A DNA stretch of 64,000 bases from Candidatus Altimarinota bacterium (GCA_965250085.1 OZ252287.1:864001-928000); one strand, 5' to 3'; positions 19,930 through 31,007 are shown, numbered from the stretch's first letter. Numbers and translations: made by a program. The notes: generated by a model from the letters alone, not told the origin.

Positions 19930-21480
19930 TTAATGTTTTTTTTCACTCCAAAAGGGAAGATGATGTATTTCTTCACATCTCCAAAGATATGCTCCTCCCA
20001 AAAACAGAAGAGCCCCTGTAAACGCTGGTAAAAAAATACGAAGCATGAAATGCATGTCTTGAACTCCCATTTGAACAGTTAAAACTCCCAATATCATTCC
20101 CAATGTTAAAATACATGTTTTGGAAAACCGCTTCCAGAAATGCTTCCAGGGAAACGGGCCTGAAAGCTGTGGAAGAAATATAAAAAGAAATATTGTCTGC
20201 ACAACAAAGGCAATAGTGTAGGCAATCCCAAATGAAGCGACTCCCCACGAAGAAGATTGTATCAACATCACAGAACTCGCAATAAGCAATATGAGAAAAA
20301 GAATTCGCGAAATCATCGGATACAGAGTATCTCCGAGAACATGAAACCCTCGAACGAGCAAGTGATTAATGCTTTCAAATGGAATTGAGAGTGCGAGGGG
20401 AATGAGCACTGCGATCGTTAGATCAGATCGTTCCTGTAGTCCGTACACCAGTCGTACAATCGCGGGGGCCAAGAGCACCATGCCTGCTGCTGCGGGCAAA
20501 GCCAAAAATAAAATCTGACGTGTGGATTTTTCAAGTCTTCTCACAAATTTTGCTGTATTTTTTTCTGCAATAAAATCAGAAAGGAAGGGGAAAACAGCCG
20601 TGGCTAAAGAAATTCCAAAGAGAGATACGGCAAAGCTTTGCAAATTACGTGCGTACTGGAATGCAGAGTAATTTCCTGCTCCCAAAATTCCATCTCCTAA
20701 GCGAGCAAATACATAGAATCCTATTTGGAGAGAAACCAGTGCAATGACCTTGGGCCACATATTCCAAAAGAGTTCTCGAAAATATTGATTGTGGATATCA
20801 AAGGAAAATTGAAACCGATGTGACGATGCATAAAAATCAAATATCCGAAGCAAAAGATGGAAGAGCGCTCCAAAAAGTGCTCCCCATGCAGCTGCAAAAA
20901 CTCCTATTTCTTTTCCAAAAAATACGATAAATAAAATAATGCCAATATTGTACAAAAGGGGTGCGAGTGAGTATGAAAGAAATCGTTTATGAGAAAGGAG
21001 AAAGCTTCCTATAAAATTTGAAAATGCAAAGAGAAGATTAGACCCCAGTAAAATACGACTCAGAGAAAGAAGGATCTCTCTCTGATCGAGTGGTGTTTCT
21101 GGAAAGAGTATGGTCAGAAGTGATGGCAACAGAACAAACAGTATGCCAGATGCTATGAGATACAATGTATTGAGCACCGTAAAAAATGTGCCAAAAGCTC
21201 TTTCTCCTTCTTCTTGAGATACCTTTTGTGCCTTGGTGTACAGCGGAATAACAAGGCTGAGCAAAGCTCCTGTTATAAAAATAGTCAGAAGAGTGTCCGG
21301 CAACAAAAATGCTTTGAAATATGAGTCTGTAAACGCAGTGGTGCCAAAACTCCGTACAAAAATAGCATCTCTCAGCCACCCCAAAAGATAACTTCCCGTA
21401 GAAGCAATAGCCAAAACGAGAGCCCCCGCTCCTGCGCCAAGAGGCCCAAAAAGTTTTTTTCGAACAGACACGTGTTGCAC
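19930..21480 (-). CDS. murJ: Lipid II flippase MurJ
   Basis: LGWLRD...FG...DSYFKAFLLPD, APLLYNIGII, SLATAVFP; many TMs; start uncertain (GTG 21480 or 21471). Confidence 0.85.
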   Translation of the reverse strand: MQHVSVRKKLFGPLGAGAGALVLAIASTGSYLLGWLRDAIFVRSFGTTAFTDSYFKAFLLPDTLLTIFITGALLSLVIPLYTKAQKVSQEEGERAFGTFFTVLNTLYLIASGILFVLLPSLLTILFPETPLDQREILLSLSRILLGSNLLFAFSNFIGSFLLSHKRFLSYSLAPLLYNIGIILFIVFFGKEIGVFAAAWGALFGALFHLLLRIFDFYASSHRFQFSFDIHNQYFRELFWNMWPKVIALVSLQIGFYVFARLGDGILGAGNYSAFQYARNLQSFAVSLFGISLATAVFPFLSDFIAEKNTAKFVRRLEKSTRQILFLALPAAAGMVLLAPAIVRLVYGLQERSDLTIAVLIPLALSIPFESINHLLVRGFHVLGDTLYPMISRILFLILLIASSVMLIQSSSWGVASFGIAYTIAFVVQTIFLFIFLPQLSGPFPWKHFWKRFSKTCILTLGMILGVLTVQMGVQDMHFMLRIFLPAFTGALLFLGGAYLWRCEEIHHLPFWSEKKH

Positions 21481-21862
21481 AAAAAAATCTTCAAAAGAGT
21501 ACTGCTGAAGTGGAAAGGAAAACAAGCTGAGTTGAAGCGATTCTCCCAAAAATAGCTTCAAAAACCCTATCGTTCCAGGGGGCTTTTTTTGCAAAGCGGA
21601 GGAACAAGAGGATTCAAGAGGCCTTTATATCTGTTTTGTTAGGCGAGAAAGCCCATAAGAAATATTTTTATATTTCATTACATTTTACCAAATATTTCTT
21701 TATTTTGCAATGTTTTTTTCTTGTAAAAAACGTCAGGCATCTCTGGATGCCAGAGCGCTTTTTTTATGTATAAATATTTTTCATAGAGAGATCGTTTTTC
21801 CCAAATTCAAAAGAAGCCCTCATCACATTGAGAAGACTTCTTTGTGCTTCAGGAATACAAAA

Positions 21863-22192
21863 CTATACTTCTTCTCCTTCGGCAGAAGGTGCATTTTCCA
21901 TTACAGATGCAATTCCATTTTCACAGGCATCATCAGAGCTATACATTTCGCTTGTGCCAATGATTTGACCATTGCCTGCTTTAAGGACAAAGTAGGGAGA
22001 ATCGTCACTGGCCGTTCTTTTTTCAAAATTATCTTTGTTTTGAGAATTTTCTCGAACAGATGAGATACCATTCTCACATCCATCTTTGCTTTCGTATCCC
22101 TCACTCGCGAGAATTTTTTCACCATTGCCTGCTTTGAGACAAAAATAATAGTCACCATTTGATCCGGTGGAGATTTCAAATTTTCCTGCCAT
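21863..22192 (-). CDS. YegP/DUF1508 family protein
   Basis: Duplicated YFxLKAGNGxxIxxSExYxSxxxCENGIxSV unit. Confidence 0.9.
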   Translation of the reverse strand: MAGKFEISTGSNGDYYFCLKAGNGEKILASEGYESKDGCENGISSVRENSQNKDNFEKRTASDDSPYFVLKAGNGQIIGTSEMYSSDDACENGIASVMENAPSAEGEEV

Positions 22193-22310
22193 AAAAAGTG
22201 CATAAAAGAATAAAGGACACTTATTATGAAGAAATTTTTAAAAAACTCAAGGTTTTGGCAAGTATTCTTCATGAAAGAATGCATACTAGACTGCTTTTTT
22301 GTATGAAATA

Positions 22311-23318
22311 TATACTAAGCCCCAGTTTATCCGACACATTTATAGAATGGATAAACTAAAGCTATGAATACATACCTTAGTGAACGACAAATCATCCAAC
22401 ATCGGCAGAGGGTATTGAAGGATACAAAGAAGTATGGAGCGACAAAAGCAGCGAGAATATATGGGATACATAGGTCAACCATCTATGAATGGAAGAATAA
22501 TATTGTGCCGCAAAAGAAAGGTCCTCAAGAGAAGGTACCATGGCAGACATCTCAGGAGATGGAAGAAAAGATTATCAAGATGAAGAAAGGGACCAACTAT
22601 GGACCAAAACGAATTAAACAGGAATTGAAGATCATTGGAATTGAACTGGGAGAGAAGGCAATACGAGGAGTTTTAGAAAGAAATGGATTGGTAAAGAAGC
22701 AAAAGAAGAAGAGACAAAAGAAACAGAAGAAATTCTACGCTCCGTATCCTGGATATAGAATCCAAGTAGACACCAAAGTAGTACCAGATGAAGGAATAGA
22801 TCTTCGATCAGGAAAAAGGTATCAATTCACTGCCATAGATACAGCGAGCAAGATACGACTCCTTATGATTTATGAAGAACTTTCTAACTTCACCACCATA
22901 GACTTCCTCAAGAGAGTTATTGAGTTTTATACAGAGATAGGAATCTCTATAGAAACTATTCAGACAGACAATCACATTCCCTTCACCAATCTTTACGCTG
23001 GAGGAAACAAGAAGAAAGATCATCAACTCCTGAGAGTTCATCCATTTACTCAATACTGTCTCAACAAGAACATAGAACATCTTCTCTCTAGACCAGGCAC
23101 TCCTCAGGATAATTGCTTCGTAGAAAGATCTCATCGTACTGACGGTGAAGAATTCTATTCCTTCCTTAATCTCTCTCAAATGAATATTCAACAACTTCAA
23201 CAAGCTATCCAAGACTGGACCTTTACCTATAACTTCCTCAGACTTCACTCTTCCTGCAACTATCAACCTCCTTTTAAATATCTTAACTCAACTGTCTGGA
23301 CTACTGGGGCTTAGTACA
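22311..23318 (+). mobile_element. IS481-family insertion sequence with a 15-bp target-site duplication
   Basis: Terminal IRs TATACTAAGCCCCAGT (22311-22326) and ACTGGGGCTTAGTACA (23303-23318); direct repeat TTTTTGTATGAAATA at 22296-22310 and 23319-23333. Confidence 0.9.
22364..23314 (+). CDS. IS481-family DDE transposase
   Basis: N-terminal HTH; IQVDTK, TAIDTASK, IQTDNH, PQDNCFVERSHRT, YNFLRLHSS. Confidence 0.9.
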   Translation: MNTYLSERQIIQHRQRVLKDTKKYGATKAARIYGIHRSTIYEWKNNIVPQKKGPQEKVPWQTSQEMEEKIIKMKKGTNYGPKRIKQELKIIGIELGEKAIRGVLERNGLVKKQKKKRQKKQKKFYAPYPGYRIQVDTKVVPDEGIDLRSGKRYQFTAIDTASKIRLLMIYEELSNFTTIDFLKRVIEFYTEIGISIETIQTDNHIPFTNLYAGGNKKKDHQLLRVHPFTQYCLNKNIEHLLSRPGTPQDNCFVERSHRTDGEEFYSFLNLSQMNIQQLQQAIQDWTFTYNFLRLHSSCNYQPPFKYLNSTVWTTGA

Positions 23319-23453
23319 TTTTTGTATGAAATACACGAGATGTTTCTGAGCAATACTATCGCCTTGTAATGTCAATACAAAACAATTTTGATATTTTATC
23401 TATTATGTTATATTTTACTATGAATCTTAATTTTTCCACCTTACAAAACACAC

Positions 23454-24497
23454 ATGGTCTCCCCTGAAAAAATGTCTTCTGCCAACACCGTAAACGTGGG
23501 AATAAACGGATTCGGTCGTATTGGGAAATGCTTTGTGAGAGCGCTTCACAAAGGGGGTGCTGGCGATACCTTAAAGGTGGCAGCTATCAACGATCTCGGA
23601 TCTCCTGAAGATCTTGCACATCTCCTGAGGCATGATTCAGTTCATGGAAACTTTTCTGGTGAAGTAGAGAGTGGGAAAGACTGGATACGTGTCAATGGGG
23701 TAGAAATTCCTGTCACCAACCATAAATCTCCAAAAAATTTGCCTTGGGCTGATCAAAATGTTCGCATTGCACTTGAATCGACAGGAATATTCCGCGATCA
23801 AAAAGGAATGGATTATCATTTGGACGCAGGGGCTGAGAAAGTTGTCATTTCCGCTCCAGATAAAGATGGGAGTGCTAAAATGATTGTCATGGGCGTCAAT
23901 GACGAGGAATATGATCCAGAAAAACATGATAAAATTTCAAATGCATCCTGTACCACAAATGCCATCGCTCCTATTGCAAAAGTCTTACATGAAAAATTTG
24001 GCATTGTTCGTTGTCATGCTGATACAGTTCATGCATGTACTGCTGGCCAGTTGGCTGTCGATGGTCCTCATAAAGACCCACGACAGTCAAGATCTGTCCT
24101 CGGGAATATAATTCCTACTACGACTGGGGCCGCGAAGGCAGTAGAACGCGTTTTTCCTGAACTCGCTGGTAAATTCACAGGAGATGCGGCAAGAGTCCCA
24201 GTTCCAGATGGCTCTTATGTGCTCCTTCATTGTTTCCTGGAAAAGGAAGTCACAACTGCAGAATTACGTGCGGCTCTTGCTCATGCCGCAGGAGGAGAAA
24301 TGCAGGGGATTTTAAGGCATAGTACAGATGAATTGGTTTCATCGGATGCTCTAGGCGATCCTCACTCTTCAATTATTGATGCAAAATTTACTAAAATGTT
24401 AAATCCCAACTGGGCGAAGGTTGGCGCTTTCTATGATAACGAAATGGGATATTCTCATCGCCTTGTGGACCTCATAAATATGATGGGTTCTCAGTAG
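23454..24497 (+). CDS. gap: Type I glyceraldehyde-3-phosphate dehydrogenase
   Basis: GINGFGRIG, ESTG, SNASCTTN, NIIPTTTGAAKAV, YDNEMGYS. Confidence 0.95.
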   Translation: MVSPEKMSSANTVNVGINGFGRIGKCFVRALHKGGAGDTLKVAAINDLGSPEDLAHLLRHDSVHGNFSGEVESGKDWIRVNGVEIPVTNHKSPKNLPWADQNVRIALESTGIFRDQKGMDYHLDAGAEKVVISAPDKDGSAKMIVMGVNDEEYDPEKHDKISNASCTTNAIAPIAKVLHEKFGIVRCHADTVHACTAGQLAVDGPHKDPRQSRSVLGNIIPTTTGAAKAVERVFPELAGKFTGDAARVPVPDGSYVLLHCFLEKEVTTAELRAALAHAAGGEMQGILRHSTDELVSSDALGDPHSSIIDAKFTKMLNPNWAKVGAFYDNEMGYSHRLVDLINMMGSQ

Positions 24498-24519
24498 TCT
24501 CCTCAAAGAAAGTCGTTGC

Positions 24520-24609
<90 letters not shown>

Positions 24610-24772
24610 ATAAAAAATGAGGAAACGATGATGTAAAAACTGCAATCTTCTGAATTCACACCCTCATCCGCCTTAGGCGGACTAACATATTCCGCCACTT
24701 GCCCACAAGGAAGGGTGCTGAGAGCTGGTGTATTGTGAATATTTCAGAAAGAAATATCAATAGTTTTCAAAA

Positions 24773-24856
24773 AATCTCCCCTAACCCCTCTTTATGAAAG
24801 AGGGGAAATACACCTTTTGCTCCTTCCTTTGTAAAAGGGAGGCTGGGAGGGATTTT
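24773..24856. repeat. CCCCTCTTT/AAAGAGGGG-type paired hairpin repeat
   Basis: CCCCTCTTT-atg-AAAGAGGGG plus an inverted partner; related copies at about 30916-30950 and 57642-57708. Confidence 0.6.
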
Positions 24857-24857
24857 A

Positions 24858-25877
24858 TTAGTTCTCCAAGTCTTCATTATACTCACCGATGGTGGCGACA
24901 GAATTCATTTTTGATCGATGTGCCAGTATTTTTTGAGCCTCAGTAATGTTCTTTGGATCCGCAATATCTTCTGCCCATTTATTCAGTGCCGGCACCTGAA
25001 TGCCGCGACCGTATGAGAAGCTCAATTTCCAAGGCATATCTTTATACAGTGCATTCATAGCATTGAGACGAAGAGTCGAGTCAGCACCAGATTGCCCTCC
25101 AGAGAGAAACACAATTCCAGGAAGTTCTGCTGGCACTGATTTTTTAAAACAATCTACCGTCATTTCCGCAACTGTATCGAGATCTGCTTGGTCCGCACAA
25201 TCCTTTCCTGAGAGCACCATAGATGTTTTGAGAATGGTTCCCTCTACGTCCACATTTTGACGATTGAGTTCCTCAAAGAGAATTTCAAGAGCGCGACTAC
25301 TGACTTCATAACATTTTTCAATGGTGTGATTCCCATTTAGGAGCACTTCTGGTTCCACCATGGGCACCATGCCTGCTTCCTGAGAAAGTGCTGCATTACG
25401 CGCAAGTGCATGGGCATTGGCATACATGCACGCTTCTGTAGGAATGCCATCACCAATAGTAATAACGGCCCTCCATTTGGTAAACTTGGCCCCAAGTGTT
25501 GAGTATTCTGCAAGCCTTTCTCTGAGACCATCAAGCCCCTCTGTCACCTTTTCTCCTAAGTGGAGGGCGAGATCTTTGGCCCCCATGTCAGTTTTTATCC
25601 CTGGGAGGATTCCTTTATCAGAAAGAGCTTTCGGGAATGGAATACCATCATCTGTTTTTTGACGAAGTGTTTCGTCAAAAAAAATCATTCCGCTGAGGTA
25701 TTTCTCTACCTCTGGGGCAGTCACGAGGAGCTGGCGGTATTGACGTCTGTTTTCTTCATTGCATTCCACGCCTACTCCCTCAAATCGCTTTTGACACGTG
25801 GGAGAACTTTCATCAATAGCCAAAATCCCCTTCGGGGATACTACCATTTGCTGAGCTATGTCATGCAGAACACTCAT
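24858..25877 (-). CDS. Class I fructose-bisphosphate aldolase
   Basis: KGILAIDES, TEGLDGL, KWRAV, VPMVEPEV, ILKTSMV (Schiff-base Lys), FLSGGQS, SFSYGR; ATG 25877. Confidence 0.93.
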   Translation of the reverse strand: MSVLHDIAQQMVVSPKGILAIDESSPTCQKRFEGVGVECNEENRRQYRQLLVTAPEVEKYLSGMIFFDETLRQKTDDGIPFPKALSDKGILPGIKTDMGAKDLALHLGEKVTEGLDGLRERLAEYSTLGAKFTKWRAVITIGDGIPTEACMYANAHALARNAALSQEAGMVPMVEPEVLLNGNHTIEKCYEVSSRALEILFEELNRQNVDVEGTILKTSMVLSGKDCADQADLDTVAEMTVDCFKKSVPAELPGIVFLSGGQSGADSTLRLNAMNALYKDMPWKLSFSYGRGIQVPALNKWAEDIADPKNITEAQKILAHRSKMNSVATIGEYNEDLEN

Positions 25878-25972
25878 TTGTATATGGATAAAAGACTTTT
25901 GAATTTTCCCAAAAAGACCTGCACGGGGCAATGGAAATATGGGAAAATAATGACAAATACACTGATCTGTCT

Positions 25973-26638
25973 ATGCGAGAATCATTTTCTGACAAGAAAA
26001 CAAGGGCTAAACACATTCTTCAGATTTTAGAAAAAACATATCCTGATGCCAAATGTGCGCTCAAGCATGAAACAGTATTTCAGTTACTGGTAGCAGTGAT
26101 ACTCTCGGCGCAATGTACTGATAAACAGGTGAACAAAATCACCCCAAATCTTTTTTCTCTTCTCCCAGATGCCACAGCTTTTATAAAAGCCCCCCTCAAT
26201 CAAATAGAAAGACTTATCTATTCCACGGGATTTTATAAAAATAAGGCGAAAAATATAAAAGCAACAGCAGAAAAAATAGAAAAGAATTTTAAAGGAAAAG
26301 TGCCGAATACTATGGAGCAGCTTGTACGGCTCCCAGGCGTGGGAAGAAAGACAGGAAATGTGATTTTAGAAACCGGATATGATAAGAATGAGGGCGTCGT
26401 GGTGGACACGCATATGATTCGTATTTCGCATCTCCTTTCACTGGTACATAAATCGAGCAAAGAGAATGCGGTCAAAATAGAACAGCAGCTGATGAAACTT
26501 TTGCCACAAAAAAAATGGGGAAGTTTTTCTCACTCTATTGTTTTTCACGGACGAGAAATATGTATTGCTCGTAGGCCACAATGCCATAAATGTCCTCTGG
26601 TAAAATTTTGTCCTGGAAAAAAGATAGAGTGTTCTTAA
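25973..26638 (+). CDS. nth: Endonuclease III
   Basis: ILSAQCTD, LPGVGRKT (HhH), VDTH, C-X6-C-X2-C-X5-C. Confidence 0.95.
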   Translation: MRESFSDKKTRAKHILQILEKTYPDAKCALKHETVFQLLVAVILSAQCTDKQVNKITPNLFSLLPDATAFIKAPLNQIERLIYSTGFYKNKAKNIKATAEKIEKNFKGKVPNTMEQLVRLPGVGRKTGNVILETGYDKNEGVVVDTHMIRISHLLSLVHKSSKENAVKIEQQLMKLLPQKKWGSFSHSIVFHGREICIARRPQCHKCPLVKFCPGKKIECS

Positions 26639-26755
26639 AAAATTTCTTTCTTCTCATCTGACATTTGTTACAATCTTCAGAGCCTATATTTTTAGGTTTT
26701 GAAGGGAGAGATTTACCTCTTCCTTCGGCTTTAGAAACTTTTCCACTTTTAACTT

Positions 26756-29700
26756 TTGACTGACTTCGTTCATCTACATGTACACTCACACTATTCCCTG
26801 CTTGATGGACTGGGAAAAGTAGAAGAGTACGTTCAAAAAGCCAAATCACACGGCATGAAAGCACTTGCTCTTACCGACAAAGCCAATACTCATGGCCTCG
26901 TTGATCTGTACAAAGCATGTCAAAAAGAAGGTATCAAAGCTCTTCTGGGATGTGAGATGTACATTGCTCTTCGAAGTCGTTTTGATAAGGAAGCTGGTAT
27001 CGACAATAGAAGACACCATATTGTGCTGCTTGCAAAAAATCAGACTGGGTACGAGAATCTTCTGAGACTTTCTTCCGAAGCATTTTTGACTGGCATGTAC
27101 TATAAGCCTCGCATCGATATAGAACTCTTGCAGGAATATTCTGAAGGGCTCATTTCTATCTTGCCGCGAGTAAACGGAGAGGTCGCAAGGCATATTTTAA
27201 ATCAGGAGGCCAAAGAAGCTGAGACGACCCTTTCCAAATATAAAGAAATTTTTGGGGATGATCTCTATATGGAAATGGTCCACCGGCCCCAGTTTGAAGA
27301 ACATGCATTTTTACATCAAAATCTTAAAGATCTTTCCGAAACCTCAGGCGTACCACTGGTGGCTACAAACGATGTGTACTATGTAGAGGAAAATGACAGT
27401 GATGCGCATGACACTCTCCTTTGTTTACAATTTAATACTATTAAATCAGATCCCAATCGATTTCACCTCAGGGATTATAATCTTTCCTTTGTAGAAGAAT
27501 CTCAAATGAGAGAATGGTTTTCAGACCTCCCAGCAGCAGTCGAAAATACCAAGCTTATAGCAGACAAGTGTAGTGTGGACTTCGAATTTGGAGTCCACAG
27601 AATTCCTAAGTTTCCTCTTCCGAAGGACCAAAAAAATGAATATGAGTATTTAAAGCATCTCTGTCATGAAGGAGGAGAAAAGCGATATCAATTTGATCTC
27701 TCCTCTCCAAACACTGAAGAACAAAAAGCTATTGTTGAAAGACTTTATTTTGAGCTAGATGTCATCCATAAGATGGGTTTTGATGGATATTTTCTTATCG
27801 TGTGGGATCTCATGCTATGGGCACGTACTCAAGACATTGCTGTTGGTCCCGGCCGTGGGTCTGCTGCCGGATCATTGGTTTCATATCTTCTGTATGTTAC
27901 CAATTTGGATCCACTTGAATACAATCTTCTGTTTGAACGATTTTTAAATCCAGAGAGGATTTCTATGCCTGATATCGATCTCGATTTTGCTGATGATAGG
28001 CGAGATGAAATTCTTGAGTATGTCGCTGAAAAATATGGTCGTGATCATGTCGCACAAATTTGCACATTTGGAACTATGGCGGCACGCGCAGCCGTCAAAG
28101 ATGTAGGACGTGTTATGGGGCTCCCTTTTACAGAAATGAATGCATTTGGAAAATTGATTCCTTCTCTTCCCGGCACAACTCTTGCGGAAGCTGAAAAAAA
28201 ATCTCCAGAGCTCAAGGAAAAATTGGAGAAAGATGAAATAGCGCGAAGTATTTATGAAAATGCAAAAAAATTTGAAGGAAATGTGAGACATATTTCCGTG
28301 CACGCTTGTGCCGTGGTCATCGCTCCTGATCCTATTCGCAAATACACTGCTATTCAGCATCCCCCTAAAGATGATGATGCTATTATTACGCAATATTCAG
28401 CAAAACCTCTTGAGGCTTTGGGGCTTCTCAAAATGGATTTTTTGGGACTGAGAAATCTCACTATTTTAAAAAAAACATGTGAAATTGTCGCCCGCACCAA
28501 GCAGCAACATATCGACCTGGAAACACTTCCAATGGATGATGCTACAACATATGAGCTCCTCTCAAAAGCACTGACAACAGGAGTCTTTCAATTGGAATCT
28601 GCCGGAATGAGACGATATCTCAAAGACCTCAAGCCTACGCGTTTTGAAGATATTATTGCGATGGTATCCCTTTTTCGTCCAGGACCGATGCAGTTTATTC
28701 CTGACTACATTGAACGAAAGCATGGAAAAAAACACGTCCAATATGTACACAAAAATTTGGAAGACATCTTGAGGTCTACGTATGGAATTGCCATCTACCA
28801 GGAGCAAATTCTGCAAATGGCGCAGGTGTTTGCCGGATTTACTCTAGGAGAGGCCGACCTTTTGAGACGCGCGATTGGGAAAAAAATCGCAAAAGAACTC
28901 AAAGCTCAAAGACAAAAATTTATTGATGGCGCTCAGAAACAAGGGTACGAAGAAAAACTAGCAGTGTATATCTTTGACGACGTCATAGAGCCATTTGCCA
29001 ATTATGGATTCAATCGTTCTCATGGGGCATGTTATGCCATGCTTGCCTATCAGACTGCGTATCTCAAAGCCAATTATCCTACAGAATTTTTCGCAGCTCT
29101 TCTTTCATGTGACAAGGAAAACACCGACCGCGTTATTCTTGATATTCAGGAAGCTCGCCAGTTTGGCATTCATGTATTACCACCAAATATTAACGAATCA
29201 TTTTCAAATTTTACTGTTACCAATGAAAATGAAATTAGATTTGGCCTCACGGCTATCAAGGGAATTGGCCAGGGCGTTGTGGATAATATTTCAGAAGTTC
29301 GACAACAGGAAAAATTTGCGACCTTTGCTGACTTTTTGGCGCGAGTACCGTCAAAAGTACTCAATAAAAAGTCACTTGAAGCTCTTGCAAAATCTGGAGC
29401 TTTTTCAGAATTTATCGACCCTGGCATCATGGTGGGACACATGGGAACCATTCTCAAATTTACGCGTGCCGAATCTGTGACCCCGGATAAGCAGCAAGAT
29501 TCTCTTTTTGGTGGACAAAAGATAGAAAAAGCAGAGCTTTCTCTTCCTCGTGCCGAACCGGCCAAGCTTTCCGAGCGCCTCAAATGGGAAAAGGAAGTAT
29601 TGGGAATCTATGTTTCTGCCCACCCCTTACAGGGAATGGGGCAATTTTTCGCTAAAAAGGGAGTTTTGATTTCAGAGATTCCTGATACCATGCGATTTAC

Positions 29701-30298
29701 GACAAAAGAAATTACCGTGCACGGACTTTGCACCGATATTCGCAAGTTGATAACCAAAAAAAATGATGTAATGGCAATTATCACCCTTGAGGATTTGAGT
29801 GGAAAAATTGAAGCAGTTCTTTTTCCAAAAACATATATGAGTTTTATTCCTTTTTTAAAAGAGGATTCTTTTATGACCATAAAAGGAAAGGCTGACAAAA
29901 GAAATGGCGAGTGGCAGATCATAGTTTCGTCGCTCACTTCTCAGGAATTAGAAACCATTCGCCAATCTGCTGAGCAAGAGGGCCTTTTGAGTGCTGATGA
30001 AGAGGTTGTAAATATTGTGGAACATGAAGAGGAGGAACTTCCGAGCGATGCTGATGGGAAGAATATTTCCGAGAATATTATGGAAGAGCACCAACAGCAA
30101 AATTCCAAATCCCCTTACTCCATCGAGCTTCCAGAGAAATTCTCTCGAGACCAGATGCAATCCCTACACTCGCTCCTCTCTCAGCATCCAGGCAATACAA
30201 AAGTGCAGCTTCTTTTTCAGGGGCACAAACTTACCTTTCCACATTCCGTTGCCATTTCAAAAAACTTAGAGGGCTTGGTTTCCAAGCTCATAGATTGA
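26756..30298 (+). CDS. dnaE: DNA polymerase III alpha subunit
   Basis: PHP motif HLHVHSHYSLLDG, GPGRGSAAGS, PDIDLDF, KMDFLGL, YGFNRSH; TTG start. Confidence 0.97.
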   Translation: MTDFVHLHVHSHYSLLDGLGKVEEYVQKAKSHGMKALALTDKANTHGLVDLYKACQKEGIKALLGCEMYIALRSRFDKEAGIDNRRHHIVLLAKNQTGYENLLRLSSEAFLTGMYYKPRIDIELLQEYSEGLISILPRVNGEVARHILNQEAKEAETTLSKYKEIFGDDLYMEMVHRPQFEEHAFLHQNLKDLSETSGVPLVATNDVYYVEENDSDAHDTLLCLQFNTIKSDPNRFHLRDYNLSFVEESQMREWFSDLPAAVENTKLIADKCSVDFEFGVHRIPKFPLPKDQKNEYEYLKHLCHEGGEKRYQFDLSSPNTEEQKAIVERLYFELDVIHKMGFDGYFLIVWDLMLWARTQDIAVGPGRGSAAGSLVSYLLYVTNLDPLEYNLLFERFLNPERISMPDIDLDFADDRRDEILEYVAEKYGRDHVAQICTFGTMAARAAVKDVGRVMGLPFTEMNAFGKLIPSLPGTTLAEAEKKSPELKEKLEKDEIARSIYENAKKFEGNVRHISVHACAVVIAPDPIRKYTAIQHPPKDDDAIITQYSAKPLEALGLLKMDFLGLRNLTILKKTCEIVARTKQQHIDLETLPMDDATTYELLSKALTTGVFQLESAGMRRYLKDLKPTRFEDIIAMVSLFRPGPMQFIPDYIERKHGKKHVQYVHKNLEDILRSTYGIAIYQEQILQMAQVFAGFTLGEADLLRRAIGKKIAKELKAQRQKFIDGAQKQGYEEKLAVYIFDDVIEPFANYGFNRSHGACYAMLAYQTAYLKANYPTEFFAALLSCDKENTDRVILDIQEARQFGIHVLPPNINESFSNFTVTNENEIRFGLTAIKGIGQGVVDNISEVRQQEKFATFADFLARVPSKVLNKKSLEALAKSGAFSEFIDPGIMVGHMGTILKFTRAESVTPDKQQDSLFGGQKIEKAELSLPRAEPAKLSERLKWEKEVLGIYVSAHPLQGMGQFFAKKGVLISEIPDTMRFTTKEITVHGLCTDIRKLITKKNDVMAIITLEDLSGKIEAVLFPKTYMSFIPFLKEDSFMTIKGKADKRNGEWQIIVSSLTSQELETIRQSAEQEGLLSADEEVVNIVEHEEEELPSDADGKNISENIMEEHQQQNSKSPYSIELPEKFSRDQMQSLHSLLSQHPGNTKVQLLFQGHKLTFPHSVAISKNLEGLVSKLID

Positions 30299-30336
30299 GT
30301 TTTCTTCCACAAATAAAGAGGAGTCCGCTTGCGTTC

Positions 30337-30876
30337 TTAAAGAAGGGAAGAGGTCGCGATATCTTCATTGTTCTCAAATGATAGCGCGCTTTTCTTTTGC
30401 ACGCTGTTTTTTTCCTGTTGCCCCAATTTTTTCCAGTATTCTTTGGCAGAAATATTGTTTGGGAACAGGATCTCTGGATTCATTTCTAAGAGTGGAGCCA
30501 GGACAAAAGCTCTTTTGTGCGCGAGTGGATGCGGAATTTGTAATATGTCCAAATCAATTATGTTTTCATTCCAAAAAAGAATATCTATGTCGATAGTTCG
30601 TGATCCCCATTTTTCTGTTCGTCTTCTCCCCAGATTATTTTCAATTTTCTGAATGCTCTGCAAAAATTTGAGCGGACTGAAGTCTGTCTCCATTCGCACA
30701 CCCGTATTGAAAAAATCATTCTGATGTGTCTTTCCCCAAGCCTTTGTTTCCCAGATTGAAGAGGTTTGTAAAATTTCCCCTAGGGTTTTTAGTTCTGCAA
30801 TCGCTGCGTCGAGAAATTTTGCGCGATCGCCCTGATTGGAGCCAAGAGAAAGAAAAACAGTACTCATGTTTGTCAT
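30337..30876 (-). CDS. folK: 2-amino-4-hydroxy-6-hydroxymethyldihydropteridine pyrophosphokinase
   Basis: LSLGSNQG, DFFN, KWGSRTIDIDIL, IPHP, RAFVL. Confidence 0.93.
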   Translation of the reverse strand: MTNMSTVFLSLGSNQGDRAKFLDAAIAELKTLGEILQTSSIWETKAWGKTHQNDFFNTGVRMETDFSPLKFLQSIQKIENNLGRRRTEKWGSRTIDIDILFWNENIIDLDILQIPHPLAHKRAFVLAPLLEMNPEILFPNNISAKEYWKKLGQQEKNSVQKKSALSFENNEDIATSSLL

Positions 30877-31007
30877 CCGAAGAGGAAGATAAGAAGAAGT
30901 GTTTGCTACAACTATAAATCCCTTAAACCTCCTTTATCAAGGGGGCTTTTGGTTTGCCTTTTCCTCCAAATCTTGAAAAAATCTGTCCGTTGCTTTTATA
31001 AAATTCT

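Noticed and set aside
26756-30298. Intein in DnaE
   Set aside because: Length (1180 aa) and motif spacing are ordinary; no splice-junction or homing-endonuclease motifs were seen.
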